DNA from: a virus
DNA length: 64,000 nucleotides
Direction: 5' to 3' (one strand)
IMG/VR virus record: IMGVR_UViG_3300008267_000025
Span: 1 to 64,000 of that record
The notes beneath the pieces were generated by a model. It saw nothing but the letters and a program-made list of their open reading frames with translations, made no database searches and was not told where the DNA came from. Position numbers and translations under genes: made by a program. Below are positions 27,416 to 38,091 of the stretch, piece by piece. Each line of letters starts with the position of its first letter. Positions within the stretch are counted from its first letter, which is position 1.

Positions 27416-27745
27416 ATGAAAAAGACTATAAGATTAACAGAGTCAGATTTAATAAGAATCGTTGAGAGAGTTATTAATGAGCAATCAGATTGCTCGAAAT
27501 TAATTAAACTGAAATCAGGTATGAACCCAGGTACAGGAGCTATGGCTAATGGGTATAAACCAGAAAAAGACACTTGGAAGAACGACTTATCCAAAGTTGT
27601 TAAACATACAAGTATGTATAAATACAATGGTGATTCATTGGAAGCTTTAAAGGCTAGTTCGGCTTGTAATCCATCAAAACAAAGTATTGATTATGTTACC
27701 TTTGTTAAAGGTGGTGAAAAAATAACTTATTTGGGTATCGACTAA
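27416..27745 (+). CDS. leader-bearing hypothetical protein
   Basis: MKKTIRLTESDLIRIVERVINEQ. Confidence 0.8.
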   Translation: MKKTIRLTESDLIRIVERVINEQSDCSKLIKLKSGMNPGTGAMANGYKPEKDTWKNDLSKVVKHTSMYKYNGDSLEALKASSACNPSKQSIDYVTFVKGGEKITYLGID

Positions 27746-28017
27746 ATTTTATAAAAACCCCCATCTTTAATATAGGTGGGGTTTTTTATTTATATAACCC
27801 TTGGTTTTCCATATAGATTTATAATCTGGTGGGTTATTTTCAGTTAATATGAGTTAGATATCATTTGGGATATTAAATGTCGTTAAAACGGTTATTTTGG
27901 GGTATTTGATAGTGGATAAAAAAGTAAGAAAATTTCATACTTTCCGGAAAACGTTTTTGACCTTTGGTCAATATTCCCCCTACCCCCTTTTTTTTATAAT
28001 CATTATATTTATTAGAT

Positions 28018-28386
28018 ATGAAAATAATACTAAGTGAAAATAAAATGACATCTGTTTTTCAGAATTTGATAGATGAAGGTTTGGCGGAGTTTAAAAGACT
28101 TTCGGACGAAGTTGATTTGGATGATGAAACGTCAATAGAACAATCGGAAGTTATTAATTCTATAAGAATAAATAATATTGAAAAAGTTAACGTTAATGGA
28201 ATAATTATTTTTAATGTTTTCGTTAATGTTGAAACAGAGTCTATTCGTCAATATGAAGAAGTTGATGATTTTCTTGACGTATTATCATATTATGTTAAAG
28301 GCCGTTCATTTCATGATAATAAGAAAATAAAAATTGTTTTTAAGTTGGATGAGCTTATTCATAAAAAATTAGACAGTAATTGGTAA
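28018..28386 (+). CDS. leader-bearing hypothetical protein
   Basis: MKIILSE leader; TATTTAT upstream. Confidence 0.75.
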   Translation: MKIILSENKMTSVFQNLIDEGLAEFKRLSDEVDLDDETSIEQSEVINSIRINNIEKVNVNGIIIFNVFVNVETESIRQYEEVDDFLDVLSYYVKGRSFHDNKKIKIVFKLDELIHKKLDSNW

Positions 28387-29316
28387 ATGAAAAAAAAAAT
28401 AAGATTAAGAGAAACTGAGTTAGTAAAATTAATTTCTAATGTTATTTCAGAGCAAGAAGTTAATGAACAAATTTTTCGTTCACTACTTAATAAGATGACA
28501 GGTGGTCTTAGTAAAACACCATCTGTTATTATTAATAATTCTATTGAATTAGGAAATGAAATTAAAAGACTTATACCTAAAAATAATTTGTCCGATAAAA
28601 AAGAGATGTCTCGTTTAATAACGAAATTAGGTAATTTAGGTAATGAATCTGATTTATATAAGGTAAATTATATTAAAAAATATGGTCAAAAAGAATATGA
28701 TAATTTAATTCTTCAATATTTGTATGATAATATTGATAAAAAAGAATTAATCGGAATATTAAGTAATGTTAAAAACCCAACGATACGATTAAAACCGATT
28801 ATGGGTTTAGGTCGTGAGCATAAAGTATTTGAATCGGTAATATACCCTAATAAAATTATTAAAGTTGAGACGACTCCTGGTACAGTTAATAAGTGGTATA
28901 ATATATTTAAAAGTAGACCTGATATTTTTCCAGAAATATTTAAAACGATAAAGGTAAATGGTAAAGAAGGTGAAAAATTAATAGGTGTTGTATTGGAAAG
29001 ATTAGACACTTCAAAATTTACAAAATTATGGGATGAAATTGAATCTGAAATGTATCCACTTTTTAAAAATTTACCAATATCAGAAAGAGAAGTTTCATTG
29101 GAAGGTATTGTTAAATATATTAAAACCCCTAAAGTAAAAAAACAATGGGAGGAACTTTTAATTTTTACAAAAAAACAAAACCCTAGTTTAAGTAAAAGTA
29201 TAGATGAGTTTTCAAAGATGGTAAATGAATTATATAAGATAACGCCAAACCCTGACATTAGGAAATTTAATTTTGGATATACGGATAAAGGTGTTTTAAA
29301 ATGTTTAGATATTTAA
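28387..29316 (+). CDS. leader-bearing protein with kinase-like C-terminal domain
   Basis: MGLGREHKVF, IIKV, VLERL, DIRKFNFG, CLD. Confidence 0.55.
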   Translation: MKKKIRLRETELVKLISNVISEQEVNEQIFRSLLNKMTGGLSKTPSVIINNSIELGNEIKRLIPKNNLSDKKEMSRLITKLGNLGNESDLYKVNYIKKYGQKEYDNLILQYLYDNIDKKELIGILSNVKNPTIRLKPIMGLGREHKVFESVIYPNKIIKVETTPGTVNKWYNIFKSRPDIFPEIFKTIKVNGKEGEKLIGVVLERLDTSKFTKLWDEIESEMYPLFKNLPISEREVSLEGIVKYIKTPKVKKQWEELLIFTKKQNPSLSKSIDEFSKMVNELYKITPNPDIRKFNFGYTDKGVLKCLDI

Positions 29317-29322
29317 AATATT

Positions 29323-29706
29323 ATGAAAAATATTAATCAAGAAATAGACAGGATAAATCAATTATCAGATTATAAGATTGGGGTTGTTGTTAGTGAACAA
29401 GTATATAATGTTAAACAAACGATGTTTTTCCAGAAAAAAATTGATGAGATTTTAAAACATCTAAAACAAAGATATAAGGATGAGGAGATTAATTCAGAAA
29501 ATTGGTATTTAAGTTTATTTAGTAGAATTAATAAAGTTATATTAACCGATATTAAACTTAAAAAAGAAATGTTAGTTTATATTGATGTTTATTCAGATGA
29601 ATTTCTTGATGAAGATGATATTCAAAGTTTTGCCGGTTATTTAAAATATAAATTTTCAGATTACGGTTTTCCTGTTTGGTTTATACCCAATAAAATTATA
29701 GAATAA
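29323..29706 (+). CDS. leader-bearing hypothetical protein
   Basis: NQEIDRINQL..YKIGVVVSEQ. Confidence 0.75.
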   Translation: MKNINQEIDRINQLSDYKIGVVVSEQVYNVKQTMFFQKKIDEILKHLKQRYKDEEINSENWYLSLFSRINKVILTDIKLKKEMLVYIDVYSDEFLDEDDIQSFAGYLKYKFSDYGFPVWFIPNKIIE

Positions 29707-29757
29707 TCTTTAAACCCTCACTTTGAATAGTTGAGGGTTTTTTATTATATTTGTATT

Positions 29758-30285
29758 ATGGGTAATTTAAATTTTAAACGTAAGGGAATTGTGTATGAGC
29801 CACTTTGTTCATGGAGAACCGATTCTATAACTGAAGTGGGTATTTATCAAGGTGATAGAGGTTCGAATCCTGAGTTAGATTTTATTGTAAAATATAAAGA
29901 AGAGGGTAAGAGATTACGAACCCCATCGCATACGCATTGGATTGTGGATTTATTAATTAAATCTGAATTAAATAAGGAAGTATTATCATATTACATACGT
30001 GATTTGATTAGTATGTATGATGAAATGAAACCGTTTGTTACATTGGAAGAGAGGTCTAACTATATATTAGTTAATCCTTCAATTATGGATATAAAATATT
30101 CAATGTTTAATGAAAGGGGTTGTTATAGTATTAGTACTTTAACCTCGTTTATTGAATTATTTTCTAAGTGTGAGAAACAGGGTGAAGATGCCTTTATGTT
30201 TAGAGGGTTATTAGTATTAATTGAAGAGTATTGTAAAGGTTTAAAAGATTATTATCAGGTTGTTGGGTATTCCAAAAGAGTATAA
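29758..30285 (+). CDS. hypothetical protein
   Basis: start MGNL after TATATTTG plus 4 nt. Confidence 0.7.
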   Translation: MGNLNFKRKGIVYEPLCSWRTDSITEVGIYQGDRGSNPELDFIVKYKEEGKRLRTPSHTHWIVDLLIKSELNKEVLSYYIRDLISMYDEMKPFVTLEERSNYILVNPSIMDIKYSMFNERGCYSISTLTSFIELFSKCEKQGEDAFMFRGLLVLIEEYCKGLKDYYQVVGYSKRV

Positions 30286-30296
30286 TATTTATTATC

Positions 30297-31253
30297 ATGA
30301 ATAAAAATGAAAAATTAATTGATTTAATTAATCAATTCAATGAAGGTAACATTGAAGACTTAATGTTGTATTTTCAAGACGAAACTCTAATATCATCTTT
30401 TTTAAAAAAGAAGAGTGTTTTACCGTTAATAAAACCATTTAATGCGAATTTTGATACTGAATACTTAAACAAAATTCTTTATTTAAAGTTAAATACTGAC
30501 GAATCAGATGAAATTTTAAGTGAAATTTGTGAGAACTCTTTTCCTGATGTTATAGAAGAAAATAATGAATTTTATTATGTTGGGGATTATTCTGAAGATT
30601 TCGCAGATGATTTAAGTAGGTTATTTAATAGTAGTATAGAAAATAACCAATGTGAGGATATAGCTAATGTTGTTTTATCAAATGATTATCAATTACTTGG
30701 TATTGGTGGTGGTTATTATGATGTTTATGATAATATTATTAGTAAATTAAATTTAAAAAATAAGGAGATTTTAAAAAATATAATATTAAAACGACATAAT
30801 GGGACTAAATTAGAAGACGGAACCATTGTTAATGTTAACAACATAGATAACATTATTAAGGATAAAAAAAATATTTTAGAGATTTTTGAAATTGATAATG
30901 ATTTAGAAAATGAATTACATAATGTTTATAATAAGGCTTGTAACCGAGCTTTATATGATGAGTATTTTGGAATTGTTATAAATGAATTAAAAAAGTATTT
31001 TAATATAACCTATACATTGGAACGTAAAATCGTTAAAGTTAGAATACTAAATTTTAAAAAAATTATAAATGATTTTTTATTTGATACTCAACACTTTGGT
31101 GATATATATAACATCACTTATTATCAAAATTTTATTAAAATACTCAGGGTTTTAATGTCATCAGATGAAAGTGGATATCGTCAATTATCATTTGATGAAA
31201 TCGAGTCCCCTAACGAAAAATTAACTATTAAATATTTGAATGAATTTTTTTAA
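30297..31253 (+). CDS. hypothetical protein
   Basis: 318-aa ORF; TATTTAT upstream. Confidence 0.75.
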   Translation: MNKNEKLIDLINQFNEGNIEDLMLYFQDETLISSFLKKKSVLPLIKPFNANFDTEYLNKILYLKLNTDESDEILSEICENSFPDVIEENNEFYYVGDYSEDFADDLSRLFNSSIENNQCEDIANVVLSNDYQLLGIGGGYYDVYDNIISKLNLKNKEILKNIILKRHNGTKLEDGTIVNVNNIDNIIKDKKNILEIFEIDNDLENELHNVYNKACNRALYDEYFGIVINELKKYFNITYTLERKIVKVRILNFKKIINDFLFDTQHFGDIYNITYYQNFIKILRVLMSSDESGYRQLSFDEIESPNEKLTIKYLNEFF

Positions 31254-31322
31254 TGTTAAATTAACCCTCCATTTAGGAGGGTTTTTTGTTTAATCTAATA
31301 TTTATTAATAAAAATATATACG

Positions 31323-32171
31323 ATGAGATATGTGGTAAGTGAATCTGAAGTAACAGAAATGGGTATTAAAATAGATAAGTTAAAGGAATTACAGCCTAAG
31401 AATTATCTAGTTAAATCTTTAAAAGACAAAGAGAAGGTTCAAAAGACTAAAGAAAATATTGGATTATTAAATAATATTTATAACGATTTAAGGACATCGA
31501 TTTCTTCTTTATCATGGAATGATTTAATATTGACACCTGAAAAAGATGAAACTTTTTATGTTGGTTTCCCTAAACATATTCTTAAAAAAGTTACAGATTT
31601 TAATAAATTATCTCGTAAGATAGAAAAAGACGGTGGAGCACTTGAAGAAAAATATAGGTTATTAAATAACCATTATGATTATTTAATGAGTAATGGGTTG
31701 ATTAATTTGTATATTGAGAAAAAAAGAAATCGTACTCATTTTCCAGGTGGTTTACCATCTTATTTACTAGGGTTAAATTTAGGATATAAAATATATAGAA
31801 AATTAGTTGATTATTTAGGGTTTATTCAATCAAGTGAAACGGCTACCAATGAAGTACAAAACATATATCGTAACTTAATGGAACAATCTGATTTGAATTG
31901 TGTATTAACTAAGGATAGTGTTTTAATCATGAAAAAAGAGTTATCTAAAGATGAAAAAATAAAATACATTAGTGAGTTTATTTTTGAGAAATATTATTAT
32001 GACCGTAAAAGTAAACCATTTGTTATAGGTAAAAATTTGGTGTTTGATAAACAGTTAGAAAGAGAATTAAACCCGAATAAACTTATGTTATTACTAACTG
32101 AATTATTCACGTATTATAAATCAAATAAAAGAGAACCGTTCAAAGGTAGATTATTCACTTATAATTCTTAA
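31323..32171 (+). CDS. hypothetical protein, possible GNAT-like domain
   Basis: LLGLNLGYKIY...ATNEVQNIY similar to 2493 and 25964. Confidence 0.55.
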   Translation: MRYVVSESEVTEMGIKIDKLKELQPKNYLVKSLKDKEKVQKTKENIGLLNNIYNDLRTSISSLSWNDLILTPEKDETFYVGFPKHILKKVTDFNKLSRKIEKDGGALEEKYRLLNNHYDYLMSNGLINLYIEKKRNRTHFPGGLPSYLLGLNLGYKIYRKLVDYLGFIQSSETATNEVQNIYRNLMEQSDLNCVLTKDSVLIMKKELSKDEKIKYISEFIFEKYYYDRKSKPFVIGKNLVFDKQLERELNPNKLMLLLTELFTYYKSNKREPFKGRLFTYNS

Positions 32172-32277
32172 TATAAAAATAATGTAAACCTGATTCATAT
32201 TGTTTTTTTTTTATTAAAATGAACTATTTATATAATAGTACATTTTAAATAAACATAAAAAAACAATTAAAAAATTT

Positions 32278-34680
32278 ATGCCTTTACAAGTAATAAATGG
32301 AGTTGGTAAAGCCGGTATTAGACCAACAACAACTTCATCAGTATCAACCGTTGATACGGATGCTCAAGCATTCTTAACCGCAGCTGTAATAACTGACACA
32401 ACTCAAGTCAATGCGGTAAACGAATTAGTTTTAGATTTAAAAGCAGCAGGTATTTGGACAAAAATGAAAGCTCTCTACCCAATGGTTGGTGGAACTGCGA
32501 CAACACATAAGTGGAACTTAAAAGACCCAAGAGATGTTGATGCTGCTTATCGTTTGGTATTTAATGGTGGTGGTACTCATGGACCTAATGGATATCAACC
32601 AAATGGTACCGATGCTTATGCGGATAGTAAATTAACACCTTCAAATATATTATCATTGAATAGTACCCATATTTCTTATTATTCCCTAACATCAGCGGCA
32701 ACAAGTGTTGATATGGGGTGTCAAATTGTAGGAGCTAGTTTATATATTTACTGTCGAGATGCTAATTCATATACATACACAAGAGTAAATACGTGGGGTT
32801 CTAATACCGATACTTTTGTTTATAATCCTGATGGTAAAGGTTTATATATTTCAAATAGGAATTCCTCAACAATTCAAAGTAGTATAAAAAACAATATAAT
32901 AACTAACTCAAACATAACCTCAGTAAGTAGACCAAATGTGCCTATATATATTGGTGCTATAAATAATCCTACAATATATTATGGTAATAAGGAATGTGCA
33001 TTCTCATCAATAGGTGATGGTTTAACAGACTTAGAATCAAATTTATTCTACCAAATCGTTGAAAAATATCAAGTTGCTTTAGGAAGAAATATAAACACAA
33101 CTAAATCATTCTATTTCAATAGAAATTATTCAAATGAAACCAATGCATTTATTTTCAATGGTTCTATCACCGGTACTACTCAAATATCAGCAGTTAATAC
33201 TTTAGTTAGTGATTTAAAGACAACAGGACTTTGGACAAAAATGAAAGCTGTTTATCCAATGGTTGGTGGAACTGCATTATCACATAAGTTCAACTTAGCT
33301 AATCCGGTGGATACTAATGAAGCATTTAGATTAACATTTTATGGAGGTGGTACACATAGTTCAACTGGGTATCAACCTAATGGGACTGATGCTTATGCTG
33401 ACACTAACTTAACACCATCAACATCATTATCATTGAATAGTACACATATTAGTTATTATTCAAGAACGAATGTTTCCAATAATGGTTACGAAATGGGGTG
33501 TGCTACATTAACAACTGAAGCTCAATATTTACTTTTGATTTGTCGGTATAGTAGTGGTATAATGTACTCAACTATTAATACACCACAATCAAGAGTAAGT
33601 CTCACAACCGGTTCTAATACCATTTCCACAGGTTTATTTATTGGTAATAGAACAGCGTCTAATGTCGTTAGTGGTTTTAGAGATACCACAAAAACAGTAA
33701 GTTCTTCGGCAGCATCAGGAACATTACCATCACATAAAGTTTTAATTGGTGGAACCTCTAATTATGGGACACCAGGTAACTTTTCAACAAAAGAATGTGC
33801 GTTTGCATCCATCGGTGACGGTTTAACTGATATGGAATCAAACTTATTTTACCAAATTGTTGAGAAATTCCAAAATGCTTTAGGAAGAAATATAAATACA
33901 ACACAACCATTCTATTATAGTAGTGGATATACTAACGAAACGAATGCGTTCATTAATAATGGAGGAATTACAGATGCTACTCAAATATCAGCTGTTAATA
34001 CTTTAGTTACTACATTGAAAACTGCCGGTGTTTGGTCAAAAATGAAAGCTGTTTATCCAATGGTTGGTGGAACTGTATTATCACATAAATTTAACTTGGT
34101 TAATCCGGTTGATACTGATGCTGCTTATCGTTTGGTGTTTAATGGTGGTTGGGTTCATAGTGCAACCGGTGCTTTACCTAATGGTAGTAATGCTTATGCC
34201 GATACTAAATTAATACCTCTAAATAATATAGCAATAGGTTCAATACACTCTAGTTACTATTCAAGAACTAATGTTGAAAGAACTTCAATTGAAATCGGTA
34301 CATGGCAGGGTGCCGGGTATCATTACACAAATTTACAATTGAGAAATATTGGTAACATATCATTAGCTACTATACAACAGACTACCGGTACCTACCCTTA
34401 CTTTACGGACACCAATTCACTAGGATTGTATATAGGCTCACGTATATCAAGTTCAATTAATATCTATAAAAATGGTTCTTTAAGGTCAACAACTACTTGG
34501 GGTGCAACTGGAAACTCTGACATTAGTTTTTATATAGGTAATACACACGGTAATACACAATATTATTCGAATAGAGAATGTGCCTTTGCATCCATCGGTG
34601 ATGGTTTAACTGACGCTGAGGTATTAGCATATTATAATGCGGTACAGGCGTTCCAAACAACCTTAAATCGTCAAGTGTAA
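32278..34680 (+). CDS. 800-aa protein with three tandem beta-rich (LamG/ConA-like) repeats, probable virion surface protein
   Basis: three copies of AVN.LV..LK..G.W.KMKA.YPMVGGT...ECAF.SIGDGLTD. Confidence 0.7.
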   Translation: MPLQVINGVGKAGIRPTTTSSVSTVDTDAQAFLTAAVITDTTQVNAVNELVLDLKAAGIWTKMKALYPMVGGTATTHKWNLKDPRDVDAAYRLVFNGGGTHGPNGYQPNGTDAYADSKLTPSNILSLNSTHISYYSLTSAATSVDMGCQIVGASLYIYCRDANSYTYTRVNTWGSNTDTFVYNPDGKGLYISNRNSSTIQSSIKNNIITNSNITSVSRPNVPIYIGAINNPTIYYGNKECAFSSIGDGLTDLESNLFYQIVEKYQVALGRNINTTKSFYFNRNYSNETNAFIFNGSITGTTQISAVNTLVSDLKTTGLWTKMKAVYPMVGGTALSHKFNLANPVDTNEAFRLTFYGGGTHSSTGYQPNGTDAYADTNLTPSTSLSLNSTHISYYSRTNVSNNGYEMGCATLTTEAQYLLLICRYSSGIMYSTINTPQSRVSLTTGSNTISTGLFIGNRTASNVVSGFRDTTKTVSSSAASGTLPSHKVLIGGTSNYGTPGNFSTKECAFASIGDGLTDMESNLFYQIVEKFQNALGRNINTTQPFYYSSGYTNETNAFINNGGITDATQISAVNTLVTTLKTAGVWSKMKAVYPMVGGTVLSHKFNLVNPVDTDAAYRLVFNGGWVHSATGALPNGSNAYADTKLIPLNNIAIGSIHSSYYSRTNVERTSIEIGTWQGAGYHYTNLQLRNIGNISLATIQQTTGTYPYFTDTNSLGLYIGSRISSSINIYKNGSLRSTTTWGATGNSDISFYIGNTHGNTQYYSNRECAFASIGDGLTDAEVLAYYNAVQAFQTTLNRQV

Positions 34681-34751
34681 TTAAACTACATAAAACTAAA
34701 GAAACCCCATCTATGTGGGGTTTTTTTATTTAAATGATATAATTATATATT

Positions 34752-34883
34752 ATGAAATTAATAGATATTTTAAATGAAGGGAAACAATTAACATTTGAAG
34801 AGTTTTCTGAGAAGAGGTATAATGGTGCTAATAAGAAAACGGGTTGGAGTGTTGATAGTCCCCGTACTGTATCTATCGTTTAA
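34752..34883 (+). CDS. short leader-bearing ORF or remnant (43 aa)
   Basis: MKLIDILNE; read by hand. Confidence 0.4.
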   Translation: MKLIDILNEGKQLTFEEFSEKRYNGANKKTGWSVDSPRTVSIV

Positions 34884-34977
34884 TGGGGGGATACTTAATA
34901 ACCCATTTTAAGTATCACATATAATAAATATAATCCAAAACATAGTTATGGTGTTAAATAATTGTTAAGAAAACAAT

Positions 34978-35262
34978 ATGAATGATAAGGTAAATAAAAT
35001 ACATAAGGTTATTGATAGGATAGTATTATCTAAGTATGATGTTTTGGATAGTGTTAATATAACTCAATTTCATGAAAATAATGATGTTTATGATATTAGA
35101 TTTACTTGTAATGGTGAAATTGATTGTAAGGTTCAGAATAAGGTTGAAGAGGATGTGTTAATGTTATTTATTTCGATGGGTTATAGTAAGACAGATAATG
35201 ATATAACCGTTCTTTTTACGAATGACGGTATTAAGTGGTATAAATGTTATGAAGTTAATTAG
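34978..35262 (+). CDS. hypothetical protein
   Basis: ORF track. Confidence 0.65.
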   Translation: MNDKVNKIHKVIDRIVLSKYDVLDSVNITQFHENNDVYDIRFTCNGEIDCKVQNKVEEDVLMLFISMGYSKTDNDITVLFTNDGIKWYKCYEVN

Positions 35263-35827
35263 AATTTTATTATTAATAATTCCGGGTTTTCTTTATTCAC
35301 AAAACGATACTATTATCACTAAGAAAAATTACCGTGTAAAATATTCTCAGAAATATAAGCAACCTATTTGGATTGAGTATGGTGTTAAAACTAAAGAATG
35401 TAATACGACTAGAAAGGGGATGACTTTTTACCCTGAGAAAGGAGTTATTACAAGTAACGATATTGATTACGATAATAATATCTATGATAAGGGGCATATG
35501 GTTCCGGCTGCGGATTTTTGTCATGATAAATTTTTAATGCATCTGACATTTTCATATTTAAATTGTGCTTTACAACATTATCATTTAAATCGAGGTGTTT
35601 GGAAAGAACTTGAGGAGTTGGAAAGGGAATACGGAAAAAAGGATTCATTGATTATTAAAATAGATATATTATTCAATAATAAAACAAATAAAAGTAAAGG
35701 TAATTCACTAATCCCATCAGGTTTTAGAAAAACAATTATTTTTTATTCAACTAAGAAAAAATTGGTATATGAATTCCCTAATATTGAACCTAATAAACCA
35801 TTATTAGGATATTTATTAAAAAAATAG
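35249..35827 (+). CDS. secreted DNA/RNA non-specific endonuclease (NucA/EndoG family)
   Basis: signal peptide; YDKGHMVPAAD, TF.YLN..LQ...LNRG.WK.LE..ER. Confidence 0.9.
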   Translation: MKLIRILLLIIPGFLYSQNDTIITKKNYRVKYSQKYKQPIWIEYGVKTKECNTTRKGMTFYPEKGVITSNDIDYDNNIYDKGHMVPAADFCHDKFLMHLTFSYLNCALQHYHLNRGVWKELEELEREYGKKDSLIIKIDILFNNKTNKSKGNSLIPSGFRKTIIFYSTKKKLVYEFPNIEPNKPLLGYLLKK

Positions 35828-35837
35828 AAACTTAATT

Positions 35838-37121
35838 ATGAAAATTATTTTAACCGAAAAACAATGTGAGTCATTAATACATTTACTTAAAGAACAATCG
35901 TCTGATGGTGTTTTTATTAATACAACGTATGATAAATCATTTGATTATAAATTAGATAATGGTAAATATTATTTTAAAGGTAAAGGGTTAAAATCAAAAC
36001 AATTTCCAGATTGGACTGAGGCGACAGGCAAGGCTTTGGATAGTATTAAAACTAAGGTAAAGTTTATTGATAAAAAAAATTATATATCTCCGGTTAATGA
36101 TTATAGAAAATCAACAACTAATACTAATAAGGTTACTAATACTAATATTAATAATATATCATCAATTAGTACTAATTGTCAGAAAATTAGTCCTAATAGT
36201 AAAGATATTGTTGATTTAAATGAAATTATTCGTTATTGGGGTGAAAAATATCCTAATTATAATGTGTACGATTTAATTAATGGTATTAAAGATAAGTTAG
36301 CTAATATGTATAAAACTAAAGATATACCGACAGAAATTTCTTGTGAAATTGCGTTAATACAAATTAGACCAACATATAAAGATAAAAATGCAATTATCGT
36401 CGATACATTTAATAAACTAATCTATATATTCTCACCTAATGGTAAATTTATTGGGAAAAGTGATATTATTTCAGGTAAAAATGAACAATCCGTTGACCCA
36501 AAAGTGATAGCTAACGCATTATTAACTTGGGAACAAAAAGCTAATGAATTAGGATTTAAATGGGTTGATGGTAAAGGTTATGTTAATTTAAAAAAACCTA
36601 ATGAAAAATATGATGAAAAAAAAATATTTGATTATATAGATAAAAAGGGGACACGTTTTTTACCTAAAGGGGTGTATAGTACATCAAATAAAGTTGACAG
36701 TGCTTCTGAGTATGCGGGAGGTAAAGATAATTTATTACGTTTATTTAAAGGTAATACAGAAGTTACACAAGCAATTCACGGTTACTATGTTGAGCAACCT
36801 AGAACTGAAGCGTTAAAAAAAGCAAGACAAGTGTTATCTAATCCTAATGACCCTAAAGTAAGTAATGAATTTTTAAAGATGGTTCAAGGAGGTGATGTTA
36901 CATTAAATCAATCATATGGTTGTATTAATTTACCTAAAGAATTTTTACCTATGTTAAAAAAATATATGGTTAATTCATATGTTTTTAATATAGGTGAAGA
37001 CAGAAAAAATTATTTAGTTCAAGCAGATAAGGTTGAGAATTATTTTGATAAAATGATGAATACTGAGGGATGTCCATCACCAAAATATTTAGGGATGGAA
37101 CCATTAACAGGTATTGCTTAA
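35838..37121 (+). CDS. leader-bearing L,D-transpeptidase (YkuD-like) domain protein
   Basis: IIVD...LIYIF, PKGVY, AIHG, SYGCINL. Confidence 0.65.
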   Translation: MKIILTEKQCESLIHLLKEQSSDGVFINTTYDKSFDYKLDNGKYYFKGKGLKSKQFPDWTEATGKALDSIKTKVKFIDKKNYISPVNDYRKSTTNTNKVTNTNINNISSISTNCQKISPNSKDIVDLNEIIRYWGEKYPNYNVYDLINGIKDKLANMYKTKDIPTEISCEIALIQIRPTYKDKNAIIVDTFNKLIYIFSPNGKFIGKSDIISGKNEQSVDPKVIANALLTWEQKANELGFKWVDGKGYVNLKKPNEKYDEKKIFDYIDKKGTRFLPKGVYSTSNKVDSASEYAGGKDNLLRLFKGNTEVTQAIHGYYVEQPRTEALKKARQVLSNPNDPKVSNEFLKMVQGGDVTLNQSYGCINLPKEFLPMLKKYMVNSYVFNIGEDRKNYLVQADKVENYFDKMMNTEGCPSPKYLGMEPLTGIA

Positions 37122-37157
37122 TTTGGATAATTCAAATAGTTTTATTAATTTTGGATT

Positions 37158-37805
37158 ATGAAAAAATTAGTAACTATAACCTCGGTATTTGTTTTATTAA
37201 CATCGTTTATAACAGTTGGTTTTTTAAATAAAAAACCTACTAAAAAAATAACTCCGTATAAACACATAATTAAACAAAAGATTAGTAAACCTAAGAATGT
37301 TATTTATATACAAACATTAGGTGATTTTGACTCAAAATATATTATTGAGGTACAAAAGACTCTTGAGAAATTTTATGATGTTAAAACAGTTTTAAAACCC
37401 AAAATTAATTTAAGTGATGATATTTTAGCCGGTAGTAAAACCAGATATGACGCTGATAAAATTTTAAATAAATTTGATTCTAAAGAAAATCTATTGTTGT
37501 TAATTGAAAAAGATATTGCTTGTAAAGATGGTAAAAAACCTGAATGGGGTATATTTGGTTTAGGTTTTTGTCCTGGTAAGACTTGTGTTATTTCAACATT
37601 TCGATTAAAAAACAAAGTATCTGAGAGTAAAATAATCGAGCGTTTAGTAAAAGTATGTGTCCATGAAATTGGTCATAATTTAGGATTAGACCATTGTCAG
37701 ACTAATTTAAATTGTATGATGAGTGCCGCTAACGGAACTATTAAAACCATAGATAAAAATAAAATATGGTTTTGTAAAAATTGTATGAAAAAAATTAAAA
37801 AATAA
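37158..37805 (+). CDS. archaemetzincin-like Zn protease (M54)
   Basis: HEIGHNLGLDHC...CMM...CKNC; N-terminal signal/TM. Confidence 0.85.
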   Translation: MKKLVTITSVFVLLTSFITVGFLNKKPTKKITPYKHIIKQKISKPKNVIYIQTLGDFDSKYIIEVQKTLEKFYDVKTVLKPKINLSDDILAGSKTRYDADKILNKFDSKENLLLLIEKDIACKDGKKPEWGIFGLGFCPGKTCVISTFRLKNKVSESKIIERLVKVCVHEIGHNLGLDHCQTNLNCMMSAANGTIKTIDKNKIWFCKNCMKKIKK

Positions 37806-37869
37806 TATGAGTAAAATCTCGTGATATAAGAAGGACTTTAGATTTCGAATAAATTTATTATATTTTTTT

Positions 37870-38055
37870 ATGACAGAATTACAAAAAGCACAAATTTACG
37901 GGCAATTGTTAAATGAACATACTCGTATAGGAAATAAGATTTCCGAAATTAAAGGTCAAAATATTGACTTAACTCCCGAACATCGTAAACAAATATCAGA
38001 ATTAGAAAATATTCAAATTCAGATTATGTTAAGGATAAAAAAATTAATGAGTTAA
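37870..38055 (+). CDS. small coiled-coil protein
   Basis: ORF track. Confidence 0.65.
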   Translation: MTELQKAQIYGQLLNEHTRIGNKISEIKGQNIDLTPEHRKQISELENIQIQIMLRIKKLMS

Positions 38056-38091
38056 TTCTCATTAATTTTTTTTTTGTGGATATTTATTTTT

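Noticed and set aside
29860-29873. GGTTCGAATCC as another tRNA-like element
   Set aside because: It lies inside a long ORF with no acceptor or D arm.
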